Positions 42,342-53,307 of a stretch of DNA of 64,000 nt are shown here, one piece after another. The first letter of the stretch is position 1. Every line of letters starts with the position of its first letter. The stretch spans positions 1,600,001-1,664,000 of the forward strand of contig OY829846.1 in NCBI GenBank assembly GCA_963691875.1, read 5' to 3'. Under the pieces are notes generated by a model. That model searched no databases. It was given only the letters and a program-made list of their open reading frames with translations, and was not told the origin of the DNA. Origin of the DNA: Aureliella sp. Its GTDB lineage: Bacteria > Planctomycetota > Planctomycetia > Pirellulales > Pirellulaceae. The position numbers were made by a program, and so were the translations under genes.

Positions 42342-42852
42342 CTGGTTTTCTGTAGCGGAAATCGTCAAGACTTTTGGCTCTCCGACACCCGCGTTTTTCA
42401 TACCCCGCAGCGTAAGCCTTGAAGTTACCCGTTTCGACTCAGAATCTACGTTTACGCATCGTTTCCTTGGTCATATGCAACTTACTCTGCCTGGGTAGAG
42501 TCGGGAGTAATGGGAGCGGAAAGGGGCCGATCTAGCCCTGCCCAGCCGAGGGCAACACCGCGTATCTCTAGTCGTTGTCCGCCCCTCCCGCAAGCGGGAG
42601 GGCAAGTCTGCGAAAACGATTGTACTTGTAGGCTGGCACAAGCACGCAAACGACGCATAAACGGCACAAAAGCCACTATTTTTGAACACTGCAAGAGGAG
42701 TTTGAGGAGCACAATTTGCGTCCGATTTTCGGGATTTCGCAGCGCTTGCTCGTTGCTTTCACATGAAATCGCGACGTCAAAAAGCGTAAGCGGCGCAACC
42801 AGTATTTCCTCGCTCACGCTTCGGGTTGTGATTTATTGTGCTCATTGGCGGC

Positions 42853-44100
42853 CTACAACCGCATAGCTTCCCAGTCGATGGGCGCATGGCGATCGAGGCT
42901 TCGGTTCGCCTCAGGCATGGGATACTTGAGACCAGTTGCACAGTTGAACAGCACAGCAGACTCTTGCTTGTCGATGCGTCCCGATGCGATTTCTTGTTGG
43001 TAAGCTGCAAGAGTTCCTGCGCCTTCCGGACAGAGCAACACACCCGTCTTTTGTGCCGCTTCTTTTTGAGCCTTGATGATCAAATCGTCGCTCACTGCAC
43101 ACGCAAATCCGTTGCTTTCACGAACCGCACCCAGAATCAGAAAATCCCCGACCGCTGCAGGTACTCGAATTCCGGCTGCCACAGTAGAAGCGTCTTCCCA
43201 GACCTCTGCGTGTCGTTGATTTTCTTCAAAAGCCTTCACCATCGGAGCACAGCCTTCAGCTTGAACGGCAATCATTCGCGGCAGCTTGCCAGTGACCCAG
43301 CCCATTTGCTGAAGTTCTTGAAAAGCTTTCCACATCCCGATCAAGCCCGTGCCGCCGCCGGTAGGATACAGAATTACATCGGGGAGCTCCCAGCCGAACT
43401 GCTCGGCGAGCTCCAGGCCCATCGTCTTTTTGCCTTCGATACGATACGGTTCTTTCAGCGTTGACAAATCGAACCATTGCATCGGTTCTTTGCCTTGCCC
43501 TACCAGTTTTCCGCAGTCGTGGATCAGACCATTGACGCGCCAGACCTTGGCCCCTTGGAGTTCAATTTCGCGCACGTTGACTTCAGGCGTGTCTTCTGGG
43601 CAAAAAACAAAGGCCTCGATTCCAACTGACGAAGCATAAGCAGCCAATGCTGCTCCAGCATTCCCATTAGTCGGCATGGCGATGCGTTTAACGCCAAGCT
43701 CCTTGGCCATCGAAACGGCCATGCATAGACCTCGAGCCTTAAATGAGCCGGTTGGGAGACGCCCTTCATCTTTAACCCAAACACGTCCAGATCCAGCTGC
43801 AAACGTCGCAGTTTCGATAAGTGGCGTAGTGATTTCGCCGAGCCGAGCGATATTCTCGCTACGCCGGACCGGCAAGAGTTCGCGATAACGCCACAGCTCG
43901 GCAGGGCGTTGGGTCAGCGCTTGCTTGTCGAGCGAAGCTGCAACTGCTTCTAAGTTGTAGCGGACCAACAGCGGTCGCCCTGCCTTGCTCAGCCCATGCA
44001 GCTCATCTGAGGGATAGTGATCACCTTCCAACCCACACTCGAGGTGTGAGACAAAGGTGGGAAAATCACGAGCAAAGAAACTCTCATCCACAGGTGACAT
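42853..44100 (-). CDS. thrC: Threonine synthase (PLP-dependent)
   Basis: LWRYRELLP, LGEITTPL, KDEGRLPTGSFKARG, PYRIEGKKT, PTGGGTG. Confidence 0.85.
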   Translation of the reverse strand: MSPVDESFFARDFPTFVSHLECGLEGDHYPSDELHGLSKAGRPLLVRYNLEAVAASLDKQALTQRPAELWRYRELLPVRRSENIARLGEITTPLIETATFAAGSGRVWVKDEGRLPTGSFKARGLCMAVSMAKELGVKRIAMPTNGNAGAALAAYASSVGIEAFVFCPEDTPEVNVREIELQGAKVWRVNGLIHDCGKLVGQGKEPMQWFDLSTLKEPYRIEGKKTMGLELAEQFGWELPDVILYPTGGGTGLIGMWKAFQELQQMGWVTGKLPRMIAVQAEGCAPMVKAFEENQRHAEVWEDASTVAAGIRVPAAVGDFLILGAVRESNGFACAVSDDLIIKAQKEAAQKTGVLLCPEGAGTLAAYQQEIASGRIDKQESAVLFNCATGLKYPMPEANRSLDRHAPIDWEAMRL

Positions 44101-45063
44101 GCTAGAACGCCTTGAGGTCAACAGAACTAAATCTCAAAGCCAACTAGCCTAGCGGCATCCTCTCGCTCCGCAAAGTGGCGTTGGCCTCCTGACTGTGGCC
44201 TACCCCAACTACCAACCACAACCTTTCTGAACATGCTTGTGCGCTAGACACAGTCACTAGCCCAGCAAGATCTACTGACAGACTTCCCGATTTCTTCGAC
44301 TTAGCGTGCCTTTGCCCGGGATTGCAAAGACGACTCGCTAGATGCTCTCGCCGTGTTGCGCCAATGCAGACTTCGCTATCGCAGCAGACATGTCGGGATC
44401 TCCACCGAACGCACCACAGCTCCTAGCTCCTAGCAGGGGTTCCGTATGTGCGACAGCTCGAGCGATATTCAACACGTTTGTCCAACATCACTCGAAATAG
44501 GAACGCTCCCAAACCTCATAATCTCATCCTTCAACGGGGCTCAAGAAAAGATCCCGATACCATCTTCACCTTTCCAGTGATTGTGAGACCGCCATGTAGT
44601 TCAGCCAGAGACTCGGCAAACCGATCATCTTGGTAGTGAATTCCGCCAGCATGTATCGAAATGGTTTCGAATTTTTTCGGCCTGCCGACCGAGTTTGGCT
44701 GACTGATCACGTCCCTCCAGAATACTTGTCTTTTCCGTAGTTTTGCAACGCAGCGACTATCACTTCACTCTTTTCGTTGCATTGACGCTCCTTCCGCAAC
44801 AACTCCTCCATTGCGGCAACCAAAACCTGGCGACCATGGCGTTTCAGGGGGTGGACTATTCTTTCCCCCACAGACTACGCAGTCCTCTGTGTTTCCGAGC
44901 AGTTGCGTTCATCCAAATTACAAGATTGCGTGAAGCTTTGCGAAAGCGAACGGGACACTTGCCTCGCCAAGGTTGGAGGCTTATGTGAAGTGGGGCAATA
45001 ACTTGTCTTGGATCATAAAATCAACAAACGTTATCAAGCTGTTCATCAATTGGGAGAAGGATC

Positions 45064-46533
45064 ATGCTTCGTACCTCGTCACCCAAATACGGGCAAATTG
45101 TTTATCGCCGCTACTCGATGATTGCTGCGATCGGACTCGCATTACTTATCCCCCAAACCGCGGGTCTCGCGCAAGTCACCTCCGACGCGTCTTTGATTCG
45201 AGTCGATCAGCTTTCACAGTCTTTCCGCGGCGTAGCAAAGAAGCTCAAGCCATCTGTGGTGACCGTCAAGAGTTTGGTCTCGAATCGAATGCGTGTTTCC
45301 TCACGCGATTCGCTCCGGCAATTTTTTTCCGATGATGTGCTTGAAGAGTTACTGCGTCGTGACTTAGATCGCGGTGCAAATGAAGAAAAGATCCAAGCTG
45401 GACTGGGATCTGGCGTCATTGTCTCCAGCGACGGATACATTCTGACCAACAACCACGTTGTTTCTCAAGCCGACGAGCTGCAAATAGAACTCAGCGACGG
45501 CCGCAACTTTACTGCCGAGATTATCGGGACGGACAAAAAGAGTGACGTCGCCGTTCTCAAAATTGACGCGAACAACTTGGTACCAGCTGAACTTGGTGAC
45601 TCATCCCGAATGCAAGTTGGAGATTGGGTGATCGCCATTGGCAGTCCCTTCGGGCTGCAACAGACCGTTACAGCTGGCATCATTTCCGCGACACACCGTC
45701 AAGCGGATATCCTTAGCGATGGCTACGAGGACTTCATTCAAACCGACGCAGCCATCAACCCCGGCAATAGCGGCGGTCCCCTCGTGAACATGCGTGGGCA
45801 AGTCATTGGAGTCAACACGGCGATCAATAGTCGAACCGGAACGAACGCTGGAATCGGTTTTGCGATACCCAGCAACATGGCGGGACCGATTGTACAAGAC
45901 TTGCGCACCAGTGGTCGTGTTGTCCGTGGCTACATTGGTGCGAGCCTAGCCGACATCACGCCCGAGAATGCCTCCGAGTATGGATTGCCGAGCACGGTCA
46001 CTCGTGGCTCCGTGATCCGGCAAGTACAGGAAGGTCAGGCGGCTCAGAAGGCTCTGCTTCGGGTGGGAGATGTTGTGACGAAGGTTGGGCAGACTGCGAT
46101 CCGCTCGACCGCTAATCTACGAAACAAGATTGCATCGAGTCGTCCTGGAACCAAACTGGCACTCGAAGTCTACCGGCGCGGACGTCCCATCCAAATTGAC
46201 GTAACACTTGGCGAATTGAGCGAAGATATACTGCAAGAGATGGAATACGGACCGTTCGTCGAAGAGTTCGCGATTCGCGTCAAGCCAGTTCCACAGCTTC
46301 AGCAACGTCGCTTAGGGATTGATGGCGGAGTATTCATCACTTCAATCAATCGCGGTGGTAAAGGCTTTAGCACAGGATTGCGGCTGGAAGATGTAATCGT
46401 CGAGTATGGTGGGCAAGAGATTCAAAATGCAGTCGATCTGAAGTCGGCGATTGAGTCTAAAGGGCTGGGCGCAAAGATGCTCATCCTTCGCGGTAACCAG
46501 CTCTGGCAGATCAGCGAGTCACGCGATCGGTAA
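45064..46533 (+). CDS. HtrA/DegP-family periplasmic serine protease with two PDZ domains
   Basis: GSGVI, TNNHV, SDVAV, IQTDAAINPGNSGGPL. Confidence 0.93.
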   Translation: MLRTSSPKYGQIVYRRYSMIAAIGLALLIPQTAGLAQVTSDASLIRVDQLSQSFRGVAKKLKPSVVTVKSLVSNRMRVSSRDSLRQFFSDDVLEELLRRDLDRGANEEKIQAGLGSGVIVSSDGYILTNNHVVSQADELQIELSDGRNFTAEIIGTDKKSDVAVLKIDANNLVPAELGDSSRMQVGDWVIAIGSPFGLQQTVTAGIISATHRQADILSDGYEDFIQTDAAINPGNSGGPLVNMRGQVIGVNTAINSRTGTNAGIGFAIPSNMAGPIVQDLRTSGRVVRGYIGASLADITPENASEYGLPSTVTRGSVIRQVQEGQAAQKALLRVGDVVTKVGQTAIRSTANLRNKIASSRPGTKLALEVYRRGRPIQIDVTLGELSEDILQEMEYGPFVEEFAIRVKPVPQLQQRRLGIDGGVFITSINRGGKGFSTGLRLEDVIVEYGGQEIQNAVDLKSAIESKGLGAKMLILRGNQLWQISESRDR

Positions 46534-46570
46534 GTTCTCCGGGAGTCACTCTTGCTAGTTTCTTCCCCGT

Positions 46571-46627
46571 CCCTCTCCGAATTCATGAGGAATTCAGGGA
46601 GGGTCGTAGCCGGAGCGAAGGGGAGGG
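46571..46627. repeat. Palindromic intergenic element between convergent genes
   Basis: CCCTCTCCGAATTC-ATGAG-GAATTCAGGGAGGG hairpin followed by GGGGAGGG. Confidence 0.5.
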
Positions 46628-46759
46628 AACCACAGAGCTGCTCATCCTCATCTTCCATTCCTTGATCTTACAACGTCGCGCGAAGGCGAGCTGACAAACA
46701 AATCACACTTGCGGGGCCAGCGACTTAAGGAGAAGCGAAGCTTGACGTAATTGCAGACT

Positions 46760-47371
46760 TCATTCTCCGCATTCTTTTTTAAACTGTGCGAGGAACTGAC
46801 GCATGAATTGTTCTCGCTCTTCTGCCAGCCTACAACCAGCAACTGTATTCATCAGCTTTTTCAGGTGAAACAGTTTCTCGTGAAAGTGTCCGATACCCGT
46901 CTTAGCTTCAGGCCGCGACGGATCGTAGAACGGCTGGTCGAAGGATGCCCCGTACTCAATGGTGCGGACAATTCCGATTGCTCCGAGTGCATCGAGCCGA
47001 TCCGCGTCTTGGACGACTTGTCCTTCGGTTGAAAGTGGCTCGGCTGTCTCGCGTTTGCGAAAAGAAATATTGTCCACAATGTGGGCGACATGATCGATGA
47101 CTGCCTGCGAAGCCCGAAGCCTGACGAGCATTTCACGCGCGAACTCACCGCTGCGTTCCACCCCATCGTAAAACTTGGCGTCCCCCAGGTCATGTAGCAA
47201 GGCCGCTAGCTCAATGATGAAGCCTTCGCCGCCGACTTCTGCCGCAATCTCTTTCGCGTTGCGCCAAACACGCTCGACGTGATCCCAGCCATGCCCAGCT
47301 CCTTGAGTGGACATTCGCTCTCGCACCTCCGAATGGACTCGATCGAGAATTCCTTGTTGTACTTCATCCAT
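46760..47371 (-). CDS. HD-domain phosphohydrolase (YedJ/YpgQ-like)
   Basis: GHGWDHVERV, ALLHD, VQDADRLDALGAIG, HFHEKL. Confidence 0.88.
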   Translation of the reverse strand: MDEVQQGILDRVHSEVRERMSTQGAGHGWDHVERVWRNAKEIAAEVGGEGFIIELAALLHDLGDAKFYDGVERSGEFAREMLVRLRASQAVIDHVAHIVDNISFRKRETAEPLSTEGQVVQDADRLDALGAIGIVRTIEYGASFDQPFYDPSRPEAKTGIGHFHEKLFHLKKLMNTVAGCRLAEEREQFMRQFLAQFKKECGE

Positions 47372-47606
47372 GAAATCGGTTCCTGGTTGCAAAACACAAG
47401 CTGAAGACACTTTTAAAATGGTAAGCCAGTGCGAACGCCGGAATTGCTTCGCCCCAGTAGGCCCGGCTTTCCGCTATCACGAAAGTTCGCAAAGAGACTA
47501 CAATAAACGGACTCACCTCAACACCTCCCCCATTGGCTGAATCCCTTCAGCCTTCGCAGATCGTTGTAGAACCTGCGAGATCCCTTTCTCCAACAGGCAA
47601 ATAGCC

Positions 47607-50348
47607 TTGTTCGAACAAGAACGGTTCGCCGTGCGAGTTTCTTCTTTCCTATGCTCGAATCCAACGAGCTTGGCTCTCTTGTTTACCTGCCTGCTAGCCT
47701 CAGTAGCAACAAACGCGTCTGCGCAAAATGCCGCTGTCGCGAATGTTGCTGCGAGCATCGACTCGAAGGAAGAACCACCACATGATCTGCAAGCACTAAA
47801 GCCTTGGGGCGCCGCTCGCTCAAGATTTTTGAAGGTTGACGATAGAACAATTCATACCGGTACGCCGCCCGAGCCGCGAGTTGATTTGTTCCGCAAAGAA
47901 ATTGCTCCCGTACTCAACAAAGCCTGTGCAGATTGTCACGGCGTGGACGATGAAGATGGACGCTTTCGTATCGGCGAGCTAAATCCAGACTTGTTCGCTG
48001 GTCCCGACGTGGCGTGGTGGCTCGAGATTCTGGATCTTATTTCGAATAAAGAGATGCCACCTGACGATGGCGAGCCGCTAGAGGACGAGCAGCGAACTAA
48101 GATCGTGGATTGGCTATCCACTGAACTGCAGCTTGCTTCCCAAGTACGGCGTGACGCGGCGGGACAATCGGCCTTTCGCCGAATGACACGTTACGAGTTC
48201 AACTACGCGTTGCAGGACTTGTTGGGGCTGTCATACAACTTCGTGCACGATTTGCCACCTGATCCAATTAACGAGGAAGGCTTCCACAACGATGCTTCTT
48301 CTTTGCAGATGTCGGCGACACAACTCGAACTCTATCGGGAGTTGGCTCGCAAAGCACTCTTGAAAACAGCCTCGTTCGGTCCTCAGCCTGCCCCTGTGTT
48401 CTGGTCAATCTCGATGAGCAAGGGCGTGGAGCAGTCGAAGGCCAAGTATGAGGCAGATGTTGCCAAGGCCCAGAAAAAACACGCTGATGACGCGGAAGAA
48501 TTCTCCAAGGCATTAGAGAAACTAAAGAAGAAGTACAGTTCTTCGCATCGGGGACCCTATTTCCGCCATCTCGAAACGGGTCTCACAGACCGAATCAGTT
48601 GGAGTTACAGAGGCGCGAAACATGCCTGGGCTACGACAGGTAAGCTACCCGAGGAAACGCCCAGTTCCGATGTGGTTAGTATCCTTCCAGTCCAGCAGAA
48701 GTGGATCGTCGAACTTGGAAATCGAGTGCCAGATCGTGGCGACTTGAAAATCCGAATCCTTGCATCACGTGATGAAGATGAGTCGCCGGGGAACCCGAGC
48801 TTGCGACTAGAATTTGGATTTCAAGCTAGTAACAACTCCTCCGCCTCAGCTTTTGTTTCCCCAAACGACTTAGTAATCGAAGCTCCAGCGGGGAAACCGC
48901 AATTCTACGAGTGGCGAATTCCAACCAGCGAAATGCCGATACGCAATCCGATGCGTCGAACCGGTCAGATGGGTAAGACGCCGAGTCCTTCGGAGTATCT
49001 GAAGCTTTACAATTCGTCGATCTCGAACGGTGCCGCTCGGATTTACTACATCGAGGTCTCTGCGGATTATGCGACTTGGCCAACACCGTCGCATCGCAAG
49101 TTGTTCCCGTCGTTCGTAACAAATGACGAGTCATCGTTCGCCCGACAGCATTTAAGCAGGTTTATCCGATCGACTTGGCGAAGGCCTGCCACCAAAATGG
49201 AGCTCGAACAGAAGGTTTCCTTGTTTGAACGGCTGCGGCCAGTTTTCAACACTGCCGAAGAAACCTTGCTGGAAGTGTACGCTACCATCCTTTCTTCGCC
49301 CAATTTCTTGTACTTGGCTGCCGGGAGCCCGAAAAGTCAGCATGACGCGACATTGATCGCAACACGTCTTGCCACATTCCTTCACTGCAGCTTGCCCGAC
49401 GAACAGCTCATCGGACTTGCCCAATCCGGTGAGCTCTTGAAGCCTCAGGTGTTAGAGCAGGAAACTCGGCGGTTGCTGGCTGATTCACGAAGTCGTCGAT
49501 TTGCAGAACAGTTCACGCGTCAGTGGCTGGGGATGGAGATGCTGGATTACCTCGAGGTCAATCGCAAAGATTTTCCACACTGGGACCCGTTCTTAAAGGA
49601 AGCGATGCGAGAAGAGCCAATCGCATTTCTTCAAGAGGTGCTGCAACAAAACGCGAGTGTGCTTGATTTCCTGCATGCTGACTACGCAATGATCAACGAC
49701 CGGTTGTCGCGACATTACGGGATTCCTGAAGTGCACGGTAGTCACTTCCGACGCATGGAAATACCAGAACGCTTACAGCGCGGCGGCCTGCTCACTCAGG
49801 CCGGGTTGCTGGCGATGAACTCGGATGGAGTTCACTCGCATCCTCTCAAACGCGGCATCTGGTTACTTTCACGCCTTTTGGATGATCCACCGCCGCCCCC
49901 GCCGCCATCGGTGCCGGAGATCGATTTGGCAGATCCAGGGATAGCGAAAATGACGCTCAAAGAGAGGCTGGAAGATCATCGTAATGATCCTGCCTGTTAT
50001 TCCTGTCACGCGAAAATCGATCCATGGGGCGTCGCTTTCGAAAACTATGATGCCGTGGGAAGTTGGCGTTCAAGAATCAAGGGAGCAGAGGTCGACGCGT
50101 CCAGTAAGCTGTTCAACGGCGAACCGTTGGAAGGCATGCAGGGACTCAAGCGATACTTGCTGCAGCGACGCCAAGATCAGTTTGTCCGCGCAATGGTCAG
50201 TAAGTTAGCCACTTTCGCGGTGGGACGCCCGCTTCGATTTGAAGACAGGGCCGAAATTGATGCGATTGCAGCTGAGCTACGGCGCAAGGGGGATGGATTG
50301 CAGGACGCGATTCTGCTGTTGGTTCAGAGCGATTTGTTTCGAGGTTAG
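47607..50348 (+). CDS. DUF1592/DUF1588-type planctomycete protein with cytochrome c motifs
   Basis: CADCH and CYSCH heme motifs; RRMTRYEF, SPNFLY, RGGLLTQ, SHPLKRGIW, PPPPPP; start uncertain. Confidence 0.88.
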   Translation: MFEQERFAVRVSSFLCSNPTSLALLFTCLLASVATNASAQNAAVANVAASIDSKEEPPHDLQALKPWGAARSRFLKVDDRTIHTGTPPEPRVDLFRKEIAPVLNKACADCHGVDDEDGRFRIGELNPDLFAGPDVAWWLEILDLISNKEMPPDDGEPLEDEQRTKIVDWLSTELQLASQVRRDAAGQSAFRRMTRYEFNYALQDLLGLSYNFVHDLPPDPINEEGFHNDASSLQMSATQLELYRELARKALLKTASFGPQPAPVFWSISMSKGVEQSKAKYEADVAKAQKKHADDAEEFSKALEKLKKKYSSSHRGPYFRHLETGLTDRISWSYRGAKHAWATTGKLPEETPSSDVVSILPVQQKWIVELGNRVPDRGDLKIRILASRDEDESPGNPSLRLEFGFQASNNSSASAFVSPNDLVIEAPAGKPQFYEWRIPTSEMPIRNPMRRTGQMGKTPSPSEYLKLYNSSISNGAARIYYIEVSADYATWPTPSHRKLFPSFVTNDESSFARQHLSRFIRSTWRRPATKMELEQKVSLFERLRPVFNTAEETLLEVYATILSSPNFLYLAAGSPKSQHDATLIATRLATFLHCSLPDEQLIGLAQSGELLKPQVLEQETRRLLADSRSRRFAEQFTRQWLGMEMLDYLEVNRKDFPHWDPFLKEAMREEPIAFLQEVLQQNASVLDFLHADYAMINDRLSRHYGIPEVHGSHFRRMEIPERLQRGGLLTQAGLLAMNSDGVHSHPLKRGIWLLSRLLDDPPPPPPPSVPEIDLADPGIAKMTLKERLEDHRNDPACYSCHAKIDPWGVAFENYDAVGSWRSRIKGAEVDASSKLFNGEPLEGMQGLKRYLLQRRQDQFVRAMVSKLATFAVGRPLRFEDRAEIDAIAAELRRKGDGLQDAILLLVQSDLFRG

Positions 50349-50403
50349 CAGTTCAATCTTTCACTAAAATGGTGGCATGAGCTGTCGTGATGGAGAAGTC
50401 TAG

Positions 50404-51837
50404 ATGACGCTGAAAAGTCTTTCTCAAGTTGACCGCCGTTTATTCTTGCGTGGCGCGGGAATCGCCCTGGCTTTGCCTGCCTTCGAAACTTTCGGTAAAG
50501 TTTCGTTCGCGACTGCGAAGTCCGGCGCTTCAGATGAGAAGCGGGCCCCACCCAAGCGTCTGGCTTGCTTTTACATGCCCGATGGCGTGCCAATGCCTCT
50601 GCAAGAGGATCCTGCATTTCAGGACTGGAGTTGGTTTCCGCACGGCGAGGGGAAAGATTTTCAGCTTACAAAGTGCCTAGAACCACTCGGTGCCGTTTCT
50701 GAGAACTTGACGGTGCTTTCCGGACTTTCGCATCCAGCAGCCCGCAGCATCCACGGGCACTCGAACGCAGATCAGTTCTTAACCGGTGCTGCAACCGGCG
50801 GACATGGCGACTACCAAAATTCCATTTCTCTGGACCAACGCTATGCTCAATTCATAGGCGACGAGACGCGGATTGCGTCGATGGTTCTATCCACGGATGG
50901 AGGAACAGGAACGCCGCGTGGGACGCATACGATGTCCTTTGATCGCAGCGGTAGAGCGATTCCGGCGGAGCACAAGCCAAAGCGGATTTTTGACATGCTT
51001 TTCGTCAAACAAGGTGAGGATGCGGCTCGACGCTTGGCCGTTAGTAAGAGTGCTCTGGACGATCTTATGGAAGACGCGAACAACTTGAGGCGTTCGCTCT
51101 CCAAACCCGATCAAGCGAAACTAGAAGAGTATTTGCAGGCGCTACGAGACACTGAGCTCAAGGTCGCTAAGGCAAAGCGTTGGATGGATTTGCCGATTCC
51201 GGAGGCGAACGTCGATCATCTCAACTTGGACGTTACGCCAGAGGATCCTCGCAACTATCTACAGACGATGTTCGAGCTCATTTACATGGCCTTCAAGACA
51301 GATACGACTCGAGTCGCGACCTATCAGATCGGCCGTGAAAACGGTGTGGGAGTAAGTGACTACATGGCTCGAGCCATTGGCTTCAACTTGACACACCAGC
51401 TTTCGCATCAAACCAAAGAACCGGAAGGCTGGAAGAACTTTGGTTCTTACAATCGATTCCTGGCTGAAGAACTCTGTCGCTTTGCAAAGAAGCTAAAGGC
51501 TACGCCGGAGGAGAATCAAGAGGGCAACATGCTCGATCATACATTGTTGCTGTTTGGTTCGGCTTCGAGTGCTTTCCACCTATCCCGCAATTATCCGCTC
51601 GTTCTGATCGGCGGCAATCGATTGGGCTTCGAGCACAATCAATACTTAAAGTGCGGTATCTATCCCGAGGGCGGACAGCCTGCAGGTGGAGCATGGAAGG
51701 GCGGACGCGAGCCTTGGCAAAAAGAAATGAATCATCAAGAACGACCACTCGGCGATCTATTCCTCACCATGCTCAATCGACTCGGCGTCGAAACCCAATC
51801 CTTTGCCGGCAGCCAAGCCCCACTCGACAGCGTTTGA
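50404..51837 (+). CDS. DUF1552 family protein (Tat signal)
   Basis: DRRLFLRG..IALALP, YMPDG, SISLDQ, AFKTDTTRV; usual partner of DUF1592 genes. Confidence 0.88.
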   Translation: MTLKSLSQVDRRLFLRGAGIALALPAFETFGKVSFATAKSGASDEKRAPPKRLACFYMPDGVPMPLQEDPAFQDWSWFPHGEGKDFQLTKCLEPLGAVSENLTVLSGLSHPAARSIHGHSNADQFLTGAATGGHGDYQNSISLDQRYAQFIGDETRIASMVLSTDGGTGTPRGTHTMSFDRSGRAIPAEHKPKRIFDMLFVKQGEDAARRLAVSKSALDDLMEDANNLRRSLSKPDQAKLEEYLQALRDTELKVAKAKRWMDLPIPEANVDHLNLDVTPEDPRNYLQTMFELIYMAFKTDTTRVATYQIGRENGVGVSDYMARAIGFNLTHQLSHQTKEPEGWKNFGSYNRFLAEELCRFAKKLKATPEENQEGNMLDHTLLLFGSASSAFHLSRNYPLVLIGGNRLGFEHNQYLKCGIYPEGGQPAGGAWKGGREPWQKEMNHQERPLGDLFLTMLNRLGVETQSFAGSQAPLDSV

Positions 51838-51915
51838 TTCAGTCGTTGTGGAAGTTGCAGTACTTTCGTCGCGAAGATCGTAGCGTCAGCGACAGGTCTG
51901 CCGGAGTAGCATGCC

Positions 51916-52401
51916 CTAGCTTGGTTCCCAATCGTTTGCCACAAAGGAAGAATTGTCCTCAGTGAAACAGAACGCGAGTTTCTCGGACTCAGGTGCGTCG
52001 TCGACTTCATTGAGGTGGCTGTTAAGCAAATCCAGATTCGTTTGCGAATCTTGTGCGTGATCCGGACGGGCAATTGAGGCGATTTCATCTGCGAACCCAC
52101 ATTGTTCCAGGGCGATTAGCTCCACGAGCTCTTGTTCGGACTGGAGAGTTACTTCAGACTGTAGTTCGCTTTGTTCGCTAAAGAGGAATCGAGCAAAGTC
52201 AGACGCAAGGACCGTGTCGACGAGTTCGCCGCTCGGTGTGCTCGTTGTATGTGAGGGATCGGCAGCAGAAGGTTTCTCGTCGGCTGGCAAGAAGAATCGG
52301 AGTTCGTCATTGCGATCGAGACTAGCAATCTCCCGACGCTCGCCTTGCAATTCTGGATTGCGAAGCAGGTTTTGGAAGAGTTCCTTGGCTGTGCGATTCA
52401 T
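51916..52401 (-). CDS. Hypothetical acidic protein
   Basis: 161-aa ORF with biased composition and a GGGG RBS-like element; no family recognised. Confidence 0.4.
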   Translation of the reverse strand: MNRTAKELFQNLLRNPELQGERREIASLDRNDELRFFLPADEKPSAADPSHTTSTPSGELVDTVLASDFARFLFSEQSELQSEVTLQSEQELVELIALEQCGFADEIASIARPDHAQDSQTNLDLLNSHLNEVDDAPESEKLAFCFTEDNSSFVANDWEPS

Positions 52402-52769
52402 TGACTACCCCTTTGCTGCTGAATCTCAATTGGTGTACCGGTGCACCTCGCAGCGTAGTTTTGCTCCGAATCCCGATCTCATTACCCAATGGAAAGCTAG
52501 CCCGATTCCGCTGGGCGTGACGGGCGGGCTCAGGATGTAGAGAGGGAATTGAGGAAAAACCCGTAACAATCTCCAGCAAGAAGTTCAGCGGAGCGTGTGA
52601 GACACGTTCTCAGTTGCCGATCTACAGAACAATCGTGAGGATAAGTGCGTGTATCTCAATTCTCGCTCTGTGCTCGTCGGGTTGCATGGGGCGTTGCTTA
52701 GGCTTCGATTTGTTCGCGTCCGCGAAGCTGGCCTTTTTGTCCGGATCAACCCGAGTAGCTTCCTAGCAT

Positions 52770-53039
52770 TCACCAAGCCAGCAACCAAACATGGAACAAG
52801 CTCCCCCAGATGATCGTGTGCATGAACAGCACCCGCTTTAACACATAGCCCAGCGGTTGGTCCGGTTCGCCGTTTCGATCGACATGTCGGATTGGCATGG
52901 CACTGGTTCCTCCGCACCTCGGGCACCGTATCGAACGTTAGAGCCGATAGGATACGGCGCTTTCGGCGATGTCGAACGCTTCCCCACAAGCTGGACAATC
53001 GGCTTTCTGGAATCCAAGGCGATCGTTGATGTTTGGCAT
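52770..53039 (-). pseudogene. Small zinc-ribbon membrane protein with an in-frame stop
   Basis: ATG 53039 after GGAG; CPACG...*...CPRCGG followed by a hydrophobic stretch; TAA at 52938-52940. Confidence 0.45.
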
Positions 53040-53307
53040 TCCGACTCTCCGCTCTAGACGGCTGCTGCCCCCGCGCCCGGGACGCAGACGTCTCATCAGA
53101 TAGGCCGATTCGCAGGCCAAAGAAATCGGGCCAGTCTTCGATCTCAAAATAGGGAATCCCGACGTGTGAGCGAGGGAAACGGTTAGTCCCACGCCGACGT
53201 GTCGAGTTACCATACGATCATCTCGTCCAAGGTGAATTTGCTTGCCTTGCCAAATACTTCCTCCGCCTTTGCGATAAAGAATGCTCGTTGTAGAATGCGG
53301 GGTGTAA

